Of a stretch of 64,000 nt of DNA, positions 35,335 through 44,206 are shown one piece after another (positions within the stretch are counted from its first letter, which is position 1; the number at the start of each line of letters is the position of its first letter). The stretch is from Nitrospirota bacterium (GTDB taxonomy: Bacteria; Nitrospirota; UBA9217): assembly GCA_020052615.1 (NCBI GenBank), contig JAGVOT010000123.1, positions 88,047 through 152,046 of the forward strand, written 5' to 3'. The notes below the pieces were generated by a model that saw only the letters and a program-made list of their open reading frames with translations, searched no databases and had not been told where the DNA came from. A program made the translations under genes and the position numbers.

Positions 35335-36594
35335 GTGAGACTGTTCGAACGCATCAAGAATATTGCAGCGAACAACCGGTTCCTTGTTGTCCTATCGGTG
35401 ATCGGGCCTGGATTCATTGCGGGGAATGCGGGCAACGACGCCGGCGGCATCGCCACGTACTCCATTGTCGGCGCACGAGAAGGGTATGGCCTCCTGTGGG
35501 CGCTCATCCTCATTACCTTCGCCCTGGCGGTGATCCAGGAGATGTCGTCGCGGATGGGCGTAGTGACCGGAAAGGGTTTCGGCGATCTTGTCCGTGAACA
35601 GTTCGGTATCCGGGTGACCCTCGCCACCATGGCATTGTTCGTCTTTGCGAACCTGACCGTTCTCATCGCCGAGTTCGCCGGCATCGCGGCGAGCATGGAG
35701 CTTTTCGGCGTGCACAAGCATATTTCCGTGCCGATCTCCGCCTTCGTCGTCTGGTTCGTCGTCGTGAAAGGGAATTTCAAACAGGTGGAACGGTTCCTGA
35801 TCGCCATCAGCCTGATCTACCTCACCTATGTGTTCTCCGGCATAATGTCCAACCCGCCATGGAAAGAGGTCGCCCGTCAGATCATGGTGCCGCATATCAG
35901 ACTTGACAAGGACTATCTGCTCCTGTTCATCACCATGGTGGGAACGACGATCACTCCGTATATGCAGTTTTACCTGCAGTCGGCCGTGGTAGACAAGGGG
36001 ATACGTGTCGATGAGTACCGGTTCGCCAAGTTCGACGTTTACGCCGGGTCCTTTATGACCGTGTTCATCGCTTTCTTCATCGTGCTCAGCACCGGGACCA
36101 TATTGCATCCGGCCGGCGTGATCGTGGATTCCGCAGAGCACGCGGCGCAGGCGCTGCAGCCCCTGGCAGGCGATTTCGCTTCCCATCTTTTTGCCGTCGG
36201 CCTTCTGAACGCATCATTCCTCGCTGCTTTTGTTCTGCCGTTGGCAACGGCCTATGGACTTTCGGAGGCGTTCGGGTGGGAGTCGGGGATCAACAAGACG
36301 TTCCGGGAGGCGCCGCAGTTCCTTGGTTTCTACACGGCCTTCATCGTGATCGGGGCTGGGGTCATCCTGCTTCCGAGCGCGCCGCTCATCAAGATCATGT
36401 ACCTGTCGCAGACGATCAACGGGATGCTCCTGCCCGTCGTGCTGATCATCATGCTGCGTTTGGTCAACGACGCTTCGATCATGGGGGAATTCGTGAACTC
36501 GAAGCGGATGAACGTGATCGCCTGGTTCACCGTGGCCGTACTGATCCTGCTGACCGTCATGCTGCTGGTGACCACCTTTGTGTATACCTTCTAG
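35335..36594 (+). CDS. NRAMP/SLC11-family transporter with a non-canonical metal-binding site (NRMT-like candidate Mg2+ transporter)
   Basis: 419 aa and ~11 TM segments. It aligns over TM1 with MntH (GPGF...YKLLW against GPGF...YGLLW). The canonical DPGN is D35-A-G-G38 here (nt 35437-35448). The TM6 MPH motif is T-P-Y (nt 35953-35961). Confidence 0.8.
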   Translation: MRLFERIKNIAANNRFLVVLSVIGPGFIAGNAGNDAGGIATYSIVGAREGYGLLWALILITFALAVIQEMSSRMGVVTGKGFGDLVREQFGIRVTLATMALFVFANLTVLIAEFAGIAASMELFGVHKHISVPISAFVVWFVVVKGNFKQVERFLIAISLIYLTYVFSGIMSNPPWKEVARQIMVPHIRLDKDYLLLFITMVGTTITPYMQFYLQSAVVDKGIRVDEYRFAKFDVYAGSFMTVFIAFFIVLSTGTILHPAGVIVDSAEHAAQALQPLAGDFASHLFAVGLLNASFLAAFVLPLATAYGLSEAFGWESGINKTFREAPQFLGFYTAFIVIGAGVILLPSAPLIKIMYLSQTINGMLLPVVLIIMLRLVNDASIMGEFVNSKRMNVIAWFTVAVLILLTVMLLVTTFVYTF

Positions 36595-36612
36595 CGCAGG
36601 AACGGGACACTT

Positions 36613-37317
36613 CTAGTCATAGGGAATCGGATCCTTGATGCCTGCCCCGCTGAAACCCTTCAAACGCAGCGCACAGCTTTCGCATCTCCCGCAGGCCCTT
36701 TCGCTGTTCTGATAACAGCTCCACGTAAGGTGAAACGGTGCGCCGAGCGCAGCTCCCTTTCTCACGATCGCAGCTTTGTTCATATGGATGAGCGGAGTGA
36801 TGACCTCAGTCCGCGTCTCCGGTCTGGTTCCCGTCTCGATGACCTTGTTGAAAGCCTGGTAGAAGACCTCGCGGCAGTCGGGATAGCCGGAGCTGTCCTC
36901 TTCCACGGCGCCAATGTAGATCCTGGTCGCACCGATGACCTCTGCCCAGGAAACGGCGATGGCAAGGAGATGGGCGTTCCGGAAGGGAACGTAGGTCGCA
37001 GGAATTGCGGATCGCGGATTGCGGATTGCGGATTGTGAAGAACCCGCCACGGGAACGGGGATGCCGGTGTCCGTAAGGGCCGAACCGCCGATGACCTTGA
37101 GGTGCTCGATGCTGACGACGAGACGTTTTTCGGCCTGATAGAACTCCGCCAGTTCATGGAACGCGAGCAGTTCCCGATCTTCGGTCCGCTGGCCGTAATT
37201 CACATGAAGGCATGCCAGGCGGTAGTGTTCATTCGCCATTGCTGCCGCAACACAGCTGTCCATTCCGCCGCTTATGAGCACAACGGCAAGATCGGTCTTC
37301 ATGGCCCAGTGTACCAA
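36613..37317 (-). CDS. queC: 7-cyano-7-deazaguanine synthase
   Basis: PP-loop SGGMDS and C-terminal zinc Cys cluster ([15 protein letters not shown]). Contains an in-frame insert generated by a 7-bp tandem repeat. Confidence 0.9.
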   Translation of the reverse strand: MVHWAMKTDLAVVLISGGMDSCVAAAMANEHYRLACLHVNYGQRTEDRELLAFHELAEFYQAEKRLVVSIEHLKVIGGSALTDTGIPVPVAGSSQSAIRNPRSAIPATYVPFRNAHLLAIAVSWAEVIGATRIYIGAVEEDSSGYPDCREVFYQAFNKVIETGTRPETRTEVITPLIHMNKAAIVRKGAALGAPFHLTWSCYQNSERACGRCESCALRLKGFSGAGIKDPIPYD

Positions 37318-37433
37318 GAATGACGACCAATTTCCAGATATATAAGGGAACCAAGCGAAAAAAATCCCCCGGCCGACAGAACGGGGGGAGAGGCCGGGGG
37401 ACGGAAGGAGCCTTGTGGTGCCGAAGTGGCGCT

Positions 37434-37571
37434 AATGGGCGCCGTGGATGAGCGTAGGCAGGCAGCGGGTGCAGACGATCTTTTCCTTGCCTTCGTTGTA
37501 GCAGGGGAGATAGGTCTTTTCTTTCTCCTCGGAACCGCATATGAAGCATTTGATCTCTTTTTTAGCCATAT
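37434..37571 (-). CDS. Small Cys4 zinc-ribbon protein (45 aa), below the ORF-track length cut-off
   Basis: Reverse-strand translation: MAKKEIKCFICGSEEKEKTYLPCYNEGKEKIVCTRCLPTLIHGAH. It ends at the start of the DUF1858 gene. Confidence 0.35.
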
Positions 37572-37786
37572 TATTCCCCCTGCGCCGCGTTGATCTCGGC
37601 GACGATCTTGTCCGGATCGAAGTTGTGCATCATGGCGCCGAAGGAGATCGATTCAACATTGATTCCGGGGCAGGTGAAGCATCCGTTGCCGAAGTGCTTC
37701 TCGATGACCGCACGCGCGCCGGGTATGTTCTTGATGGCGTCGCCGATGAGGGTGTCCCTTGTCACTTTCTTTTTCTCTGCAAGCAT
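37571..37786 (-). CDS. DUF1858 / hybrid-cluster-protein-associated redox disulfide protein
   Basis: 71 aa with the GNGCFTCPG CxxC redox motif. Confidence 0.6.
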   Translation of the reverse strand: MLAEKKKVTRDTLIGDAIKNIPGARAVIEKHFGNGCFTCPGINVESISFGAMMHNFDPDKIVAEINAAQGE

Positions 37787-37978
37787 GGCAGCCTCCTTGT
37801 ACTGGATATGGTCACATGATACCAGAAATCGTGAGGATTGGTATGACGCAAATCATACGGACAAGGCAGGCGGGCAAGGTCAGAAAACAGATATCGGTCA
37901 TCCGCTATGACCGGGGTCATAGCGGTCCGGCAGGTCCTCTGGTATACTTACGTGCAATAACCTTAAAGGAGGCACTGA

Positions 37979-38392
37979 ATGGATACCTTTGTCAGGAGAT
38001 TCATCATCATGAGCATCGTCTATCTGGGGATTTCTTCGCTGGTGGGTATCGCTATGCTGGGAAGTGAGAAGGCGATGGCGCTCAAATTCGTCCACTCGCA
38101 TCTGAACATGCTCGGATGGGTGTCCATGATGATCTACGGCGTGGGGTACCACATCCTGCCGAAGTTCATGGGGAGAGCAATGCACAGCAAGGCATTGGGG
38201 GAGATACAATTCTGGATGGCTAACATCGGACTGGTGGCCATGCTGCTGTTCTATACCGTCAATGTGTACAGCCCTTCAGGCGCCCTGGTGATGGTCACGG
38301 TGGCTGCCGGCGTACTGGAAACGGTGTCGATCTTCCTTTTTTTCTACAACATGCTGATGACTCTCATGACCCCGGTCCAGCAACCTCAGTAA
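37979..38392 (+). CDS. Small integral membrane protein (4 TM), hypothetical
   Basis: 137 aa with hydrophobic helices. Adjacent to and divergent from the Crp/Fnr regulator. Confidence 0.45.
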   Translation: MDTFVRRFIIMSIVYLGISSLVGIAMLGSEKAMALKFVHSHLNMLGWVSMMIYGVGYHILPKFMGRAMHSKALGEIQFWMANIGLVAMLLFYTVNVYSPSGALVMVTVAAGVLETVSIFLFFYNMLMTLMTPVQQPQ

Positions 38393-38510
38393 TGCATGCC
38401 ACTTGGGCACAGAGGACAAAGAGAGACCCGTAAGTAAAAGGGAGGCTTGCGACGTTTTTTTATGAGAGGCCCCTCTTCTTTCTGAAACTGAAGGCCTGCC
38501 GGCATTTCCC

Positions 38511-39179
38511 TTACGACGAAAAGGCCCCGAGCCCATTCTTGTCGAGGATGATGATCTTGCCGTCCTTGTCAGCGAGCAACCCCGCCTTTTTGAACTTGGT
38601 GAACGTGCGGATGGAGGTTTCCACGGTGGTGCCGACCATGTCGGCAACATCCTGCTTGGTGAGACGCATGTCGATCATAGTGCCGCTTTTGGTCTCGATC
38701 CCGATCTTGCCTGCAAGCTTGAGCAGGAGCGCCGCGATCCTCGCCTCCACGCGTTCAAGTGCGATGTTCTTGAGGGAATCATGGGAGCTTTTCATGCGAT
38801 CCCCCATCTGGAGCGCCATGCAGTACATGACGTTCGGGAAACGGTCCACGAGCCGCATGAGGTTCTTTCTCGATATCTTGAGGACTTCGCTGTCCTCCAT
38901 GGCCACGGCATTGGCAGGGTAGGGGAACCCCTTGATGACGGCAACGCCTCCGAAGATGTCGGTGGGCGAGATCACCTCGAGAATGATCTCCTTGCCTTCG
39001 TGGGACAGCTTGGTGATCTTCACTTTGCCTGTCAGGACAAGGTAGAACCATTCCGGCGGCTCGCCCTCCGAGAAGATGGTCTCCTTCTTCTTGTAGGGGG
39101 AAGTGGAGAGATAGGGTTCCAACTCCCTGAACTCGGCGTCGGAGAGGCCTTTGAAAAGATCGATCTTCCTGTACTGTTT
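38511..39179 (-). CDS. Crp/Fnr-family transcriptional regulator (cNMP-binding domain + HTH)
   Basis: cNMP-binding beta-roll (FSEGEPPEWFYLVLTGKVKI). C-terminal HTH_Crp (RLTKQDVADMVGTTVETSIRTF). The ORF can extend to 39287, but MKQYRKIDLFKGL is the family-typical start. Confidence 0.8.
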   Translation of the reverse strand, partial: KQYRKIDLFKGLSDAEFRELEPYLSTSPYKKKETIFSEGEPPEWFYLVLTGKVKITKLSHEGKEIILEVISPTDIFGGVAVIKGFPYPANAVAMEDSEVLKISRKNLMRLVDRFPNVMYCMALQMGDRMKSSHDSLKNIALERVEARIAALLLKLAGKIGIETKSGTMIDMRLTKQDVADMVGTTVETSIRTFTKFKKAGLLADKDGKIIILDKNGLGAFSS

Positions 39180-39285
39180 CATGGCCCTAAGAATATACAA
39201 AAAAACGTTTTTTATCCAGAGAAAAATGACCTTTCCGCCCTTTTGGGTGTTGACTTTTAGCCGTCCCTGACTTATTATCTCCGCC

Positions 39286-39654
39286 ATGTACGAACTGATG
39301 GTAGAATCAAAATTTGCCGCGGCCCACCAACTGCGGGGCTACAAGGGTAAATGCGAGAACCTCCATGGCCACAACTGGCGCGTGACCGTTGCCATCACCG
39401 CGGAAAGGCTCAATGAGATAGGGCTGGCCATCGATTTTCATGACCTGAAAAAGGCGCTTCGTGAAGTACTGGACCAGCTGGAGCACACCTTCCTGAATGA
39501 CATCTTCCCCTTTACGCAGATCAATCCTTCCTCGGAGAATGTCGCCAAATGGATTTACGACAGCATGACAAAAAAGGTCAACGACAGCAATGTCGAGATA
39601 GCCAGCGTCACGGTCTGGGAGTCGGACACGGCCTCGGCGAGCTATTTCGAGTAA
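39286..39654 (+). CDS. queD: 6-carboxy-5,6,7,8-tetrahydropterin synthase
   Basis: 122 aa. PTPS fold with the Zn-binding His residues and catalytic Cys (CENLHGHNW). Confidence 0.88.
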   Translation: MYELMVESKFAAAHQLRGYKGKCENLHGHNWRVTVAITAERLNEIGLAIDFHDLKKALREVLDQLEHTFLNDIFPFTQINPSSENVAKWIYDSMTKKVNDSNVEIASVTVWESDTASASYFE

Positions 39655-39709
39655 CCTCTCGTACAGCATCACGATTGGTATCCGTCTTGAGCATGGCTAA
39701 AAGGATCCG

Positions 39710-41056
39710 ATGAACTCCATTGACCGAAGAATCGCAGAGCAGGTCCTTTCCCTCGCCGCATCCTTTAACGCAACAGCTGCTGAAATCTACATCCGTAACT
39801 CTTCCTCTACGACGATAGAAGTGAAGGACCAGAAGGTCGATGCCTTCGAGCGGGCCCGCGACATAGGTGCAGGGCTGCGGGTGCTTGTCGGCGATCGCAT
39901 GGGATTTGCCTACACCACGGACCTTACGCCAGACTCGCTGCGAACCCTCGCGGCATCTGCCGTGACCAACGCGCGGAACACCGCGTCCGACCAGTTTCAC
40001 AGCCTCCCCGATGTGCCGCCTGCGCCGTATCAGTCCGTTTCCATTTACGATCCGGCCATCGTCGCGTTGTCGGAAGGGGAGAAGATCGAACGGGTCATGG
40101 CCATGGAACGTGAGGCCTTTGCCGTGGACCCGCGGGTGAAGCGCATACGCAAGGCGTCCGCGGGTTTTTCCGATTCCTCGATTCTTATCATGAACAGCCT
40201 CGGCGCGGAAGTCATTACCGAGGCGACCACGGCCTCGGCAAGCATCGAGGTGGTTGCGGAACAGAAGGGAGAATCTCAGGCAGGCTGGGAATACGACGTG
40301 CGGCGGTTCTATGGCGAGTTGGACATCGAGCAGGTCGGCAGGAAAGCGGCACGGAAGGCCCTTGACCTGCTCGGCGCCTGTCATATGGATTCGGTCAAGG
40401 CACCGGTCGTTCTGGACCCGTCGGTGGCAGAGGAGTTCCTCTCCATCATGGCGAGCGGGTTCTCAGCGGAAAATGTGCAGAAAAAAAAGTCGCTGTTCAT
40501 CGGAAAGCTCGACAGTTCGGTCGTATCTCCGCTCCTCACGATCTACGACGACGGTTTGCTTGCAGGAGGGCTGGGGACTGCGCCGTCCGATGATGAACTG
40601 GTGCCAATGCAGAAGAAGACGGTTATCGACAGGGGCAGGCTCGCCCTGTACCTGTACAGCACCTATGCGGCGAACAAGGACAGGACCGTATCAACGGGGA
40701 ATGGCATACGCGGCGGATTCAGGGGGATGCCCGGTGTCGGTATCACCAATCTGTATATCGCGCCCGGCGCTCAGTCGCAGGAGGACATGATCCTGTCGAC
40801 GCCGAAAGGCCTCCTGGTAACGGAGATCATGGGCGCCCATATGGCCAACCCGATATCGGGTGATTTTTCAGTCGGCGCTATGGGATTCTGGATCGAACAG
40901 GGGAAGAAGGCCTACCCGGTAAGGGAGATCACCATTGCGGGCAATATCCTCGAACTCATGAAGAACGTTGATGCCGTTGGCAGTGATCTGCGTTTTTCCG
41001 GACGGATCGGGTGCCCGTCGCTCAGGGTAAAGGAACTTTCCATCGGCGGGAAATGA
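39710..41056 (+). CDS. pmbA: TldD/PmbA-family metalloprotease (PmbA paralogue)
   Basis: 448 aa with PmbA_TldD domains and C-terminal GGxV repeats. It lacks the HExxxH motif seen in the TldD paralogue, as expected for PmbA. Confidence 0.8.
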   Translation: MNSIDRRIAEQVLSLAASFNATAAEIYIRNSSSTTIEVKDQKVDAFERARDIGAGLRVLVGDRMGFAYTTDLTPDSLRTLAASAVTNARNTASDQFHSLPDVPPAPYQSVSIYDPAIVALSEGEKIERVMAMEREAFAVDPRVKRIRKASAGFSDSSILIMNSLGAEVITEATTASASIEVVAEQKGESQAGWEYDVRRFYGELDIEQVGRKAARKALDLLGACHMDSVKAPVVLDPSVAEEFLSIMASGFSAENVQKKKSLFIGKLDSSVVSPLLTIYDDGLLAGGLGTAPSDDELVPMQKKTVIDRGRLALYLYSTYAANKDRTVSTGNGIRGGFRGMPGVGITNLYIAPGAQSQEDMILSTPKGLLVTEIMGAHMANPISGDFSVGAMGFWIEQGKKAYPVREITIAGNILELMKNVDAVGSDLRFSGRIGCPSLRVKELSIGGK

Positions 41057-41136
41057 CGGCAAAAAAAACAGCTATCAGGATTGCAAACGAGCAGTAAATC
41101 AGCAGGCTGATAGACCTTGCCCCTTGCCCCTCTGTC

Positions 41137-42684
41137 TCACCCTCCGGGCCATATCCGCTCCTCGATCTTCTTCATTAAACCTCCAAAGCTGTCCGGATCA
41201 AGTGCTGAACAAACAATGCCATTGAACCGGGTCGCGATCGCTTTTGCCCAAAGAGGATTCACCAGGTCGACCTTATTGAAAACCATGAGCCTCGGGATAG
41301 CATCCAGCCCGATCTCGCTCAGGATCGTATCCACAGATCCTATTTGCTGTTCAAAGCGCGGATTGCTGATATCGACTATATGCAGGATCAGGTCGGCGTC
41401 GCGCATCTCATCGAGCGTGGCACGGAAGGCCCCCAGAAGGTCTTTCGGCAGATCGCGGATAAAACCGACGGTGTCGGTGATGACCACTTCGCGTTCTTTG
41501 GGGAATCGCAGCCTTCGCGTGGCTGTGTCGAGCGTCGCGAAGAGGAGGTCTTCTGACTTCACGGAGGCCCTGGTCAAGGCGTTGAAGAGCGTTGACTTTC
41601 CGGCGTTCGTATAACCAGCGATCGATACAATAGGAATGGAACTGCTGATGCGTCTCTCGCGCCGCTGGTTCCGCGCTTTGCCGAGGGCATCGAGCTGTTT
41701 TTCGAGCCTTCGGATCTTGTCGCGCGCCCTGCGCATGTCTATCTCGAGACGGGTCTCTCCGGGGCCCCTGCCGCCTATGCCGCCGGTGAGCCGTGAGAGG
41801 GCGGTCGATCGCTCCGAAAGGCGGGGAAGACGGTACTTCAGCTGGGCGAGTTCCACCTGGACCTTCCCGTCACCGCTATGTGCCCGTCGGGCGAAGATGT
41901 CCAGGATTAGCTGGGTACGATCGATGACGCGCATCTCGGTGATATCGCCGATGGCCTTGACCTGCGCCGGCGAGAGATCCTGGTTGAAAACGATAAGGTC
42001 CGCGCCGAGCTGCTGGGAACGGATGATGAGTTCTTTCAGCTTGCCTTCACCGAGGAGATAGCGTGGATTGATGTCGTGGGGCCGCTGAATGACCGCGTCG
42101 AGAACATGGATCGCATCGGACCGGGCAAGCTCCTTCAACTCCTCGATCGACTCCTCCTGTTCTGCTTTTCCCGCCTTGGAAACGCTTACGAGAATGGCGC
42201 GGTCCTTCTTGACGATCTCCCGGGCTCGCTGGAGGCGCTCCATTTCACGCTCGATGGTCGTGATCAGGTCGTAGGCGTCGATCGTCAGACTGTGGACGGA
42301 CTGGGGGGGTACGATCTCGTAGAGCTTGTCCTCGGGGTTCGGCGGGAGCAGGTGTGCCACGGACAGAGAGCCGGGAAGACCGTCCTTCAGGACCGTCAGG
42401 ACGGCCATCATGTCGAGCCTGAGGAGCGCCAGGTCCGTCAGGTCTTCCTGGTTCAACGGCTGGTCTTTCAGATGGGTATGGACAAAACGGACGCCCCGGA
42501 GCCGTTTGGTGCCAAGTCGATGTTCGGAAAGATCAGGGATGAGGATATCGTGGTTCGTACCGACCAATACGTCCCGGACACTGCCAGCCCGGTCGATGAT
42601 GAGGCCCACCTGGCGGCCGATCATGGCGGATGCCTCGGTCAGGGCACGGGACGCCTCGGGCGTGATGATCGCGTCGGGCGGCAT
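41137..42684 (-). CDS. hflX: GTPase HflX with a ~140 aa N-terminal extension
   Basis: HflX N-domain, then G1 GYTNAGKST, G3 DTVG and G4 NKVD. Confidence 0.85.
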   Translation of the reverse strand: MPPDAIITPEASRALTEASAMIGRQVGLIIDRAGSVRDVLVGTNHDILIPDLSEHRLGTKRLRGVRFVHTHLKDQPLNQEDLTDLALLRLDMMAVLTVLKDGLPGSLSVAHLLPPNPEDKLYEIVPPQSVHSLTIDAYDLITTIEREMERLQRAREIVKKDRAILVSVSKAGKAEQEESIEELKELARSDAIHVLDAVIQRPHDINPRYLLGEGKLKELIIRSQQLGADLIVFNQDLSPAQVKAIGDITEMRVIDRTQLILDIFARRAHSGDGKVQVELAQLKYRLPRLSERSTALSRLTGGIGGRGPGETRLEIDMRRARDKIRRLEKQLDALGKARNQRRERRISSSIPIVSIAGYTNAGKSTLFNALTRASVKSEDLLFATLDTATRRLRFPKEREVVITDTVGFIRDLPKDLLGAFRATLDEMRDADLILHIVDISNPRFEQQIGSVDTILSEIGLDAIPRLMVFNKVDLVNPLWAKAIATRFNGIVCSALDPDSFGGLMKKIEERIWPGG

Positions 42685-42907
42685 CTTTCGCCGATAGAGC
42701 CGTTCGAGCGTCTTGATCTCAACCGGTTTGAGCCCTGTTGTATTGCCGTGAAGGGTGGGGATAGGGAGCTCCTTTGCGTCTATTCTACCATAGGGAAGCC
42801 TGATCCGGACAGCAGCATTGCGCTGAGCTCGTTAATTTACGAAAAAAAGAGCGCAGAATGGACTTTCTGCGCTAACGAAACCCGGCTGATACGAACGCCT
42901 GGGGGAC

Positions 42908-43447
42908 CTACTTGACACGGTACACGATGTCGTGCTCCCGCGCATGGTCGATGACCTTGAGCCCGATGTTCTGACCCGCGCCTGCCTGATCGATGTGCTG
43001 GTGTTCGTACTCCATGGAATCCACCGTTTGCGTAAAGTCCGTGGTATGACCTTTCACATGGATCTTGTCTCCGATCTTGAGTGAACCTGCGTTCAACTGC
43101 GCCACTGCCACGCCGAGGTGGCTGTAATAATGGGTAACAACGCCGATGGCCTCTTCATTCGAGGCAGGTTCTTCCACGGGGGGGACCGTGCCGGCAGGAG
43201 GGCCGGGTTTCACCGGAAGCGGTTTTTTTGAGAGGGTTTTTTTGGTGGCCGCCTTGGCTTTGCCGGCAGTCTTTCTTTTTACTGATCTTATGACGGTCTT
43301 CTTTTTTGCTGTCTTGGCAGGAGTCTTTTTCTTTGCTGTTTTTTTCTTGGTTGATCTTTTCTTCAAGGCCTTTTTCCCGGCAGATATGTTTGCCGAGGCC
43401 TTTTGGGTCTTTGCCGTTGCCTTTTTTTTTGCTTTCTTTTTAACCAT
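42908..43447 (-). CDS. Histone-H1-like Lys/Ala-rich protein fused to a C-terminal EF-Tu domain-2-like beta-barrel
   Basis: The N-terminal ~90 aa are KKxAKK/AKT repeats (34 Lys), followed by a PGPPAGTVPP linker. The C-terminal 90 aa (GVVTHYYSHLGVAVAQLNAGSLKIGDKIHVKGHTT...AGQNIGLKV) resemble the GTP_EFTU_D2 barrel. Confidence 0.6.
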   Translation of the reverse strand: MVKKKAKKKATAKTQKASANISAGKKALKKRSTKKKTAKKKTPAKTAKKKTVIRSVKRKTAGKAKAATKKTLSKKPLPVKPGPPAGTVPPVEEPASNEEAIGVVTHYYSHLGVAVAQLNAGSLKIGDKIHVKGHTTDFTQTVDSMEYEHQHIDQAGAGQNIGLKVIDHAREHDIVYRVK

Positions 43448-44206
43448 GCGGTCTCCTCCGGGGGCAGATGCAGGCTGATGAAGTAGTGGACCTGCCTAGT
43501 TCTTTAGCAAAGTGGCATCACGAAAAAATTGTAGCAAAACCATGATAAATTGCAAGCTGAAAAATAATTTATCAGCATGTGAGCGGGTAATAATAAAGGA
43601 ACTTCACCTGTTCCGGGTTTCTGAGCAGTATTGAGCATCGTAATGAGCAAAATTACTCAAAAAATCATCAATATTGGAACATAGGGAAATAGTATCGTTT
43701 CATGGCTGTCCCGTAGGTAGTTCAGACCTAAAGATCACCAAGTGAGAATATTCTGAATTCATTAGATAATTATTTGTTTTTGCGAACAATAATAGACTGG
43801 CATCCAACTACAGAGAAACAGGTGCCGAGTCTCAAATGTATCGGCATACCCATGGCACTGTAATTGCATTAATTATCAATGACATGGATAAAAGCCACAA
43901 CATACGTTATACCATTGAGCCTCAGACAACTAAGGGGGCAGATACAGTCCGGTGCAAGCTCTTTTCCGATTCAATTAGCCGTCACCTCTGCGAACTTCGG
44001 CGCAGGGAGCTTAATGCCAGCGGGATCTTTTCCTGCGAGGGTTGCATCGCTCTGAATATCGATGTTGATGTCGACAGAAAAAAAAGCATGTGATCCGACT
44101 TCCTTTCTCTTCACTCCCGGCCTGTAATCCAATCGATCGATTTTCGGACCATATCCATTTAAAGGCACAACAGCCGTTTCTCCGATAACTCCATGGGGAC
44201 TTTCCC

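Noticed and set aside
41057-41136. Imperfect inverted repeat (CTATCAG...CTGATAG) between the convergent pmbA and hflX genes, considered as a bidirectional terminator.
   Set aside because: The stem is only 7 bp with a 28-nt loop and no flanking T or A runs, so it is not convincing as an intrinsic terminator.
43836-44093. 85 aa ORF inside the AT-rich island.
   Set aside because: No RBS, atypical composition and no recognisable domain. It is probably a chance ORF in AT-rich DNA.
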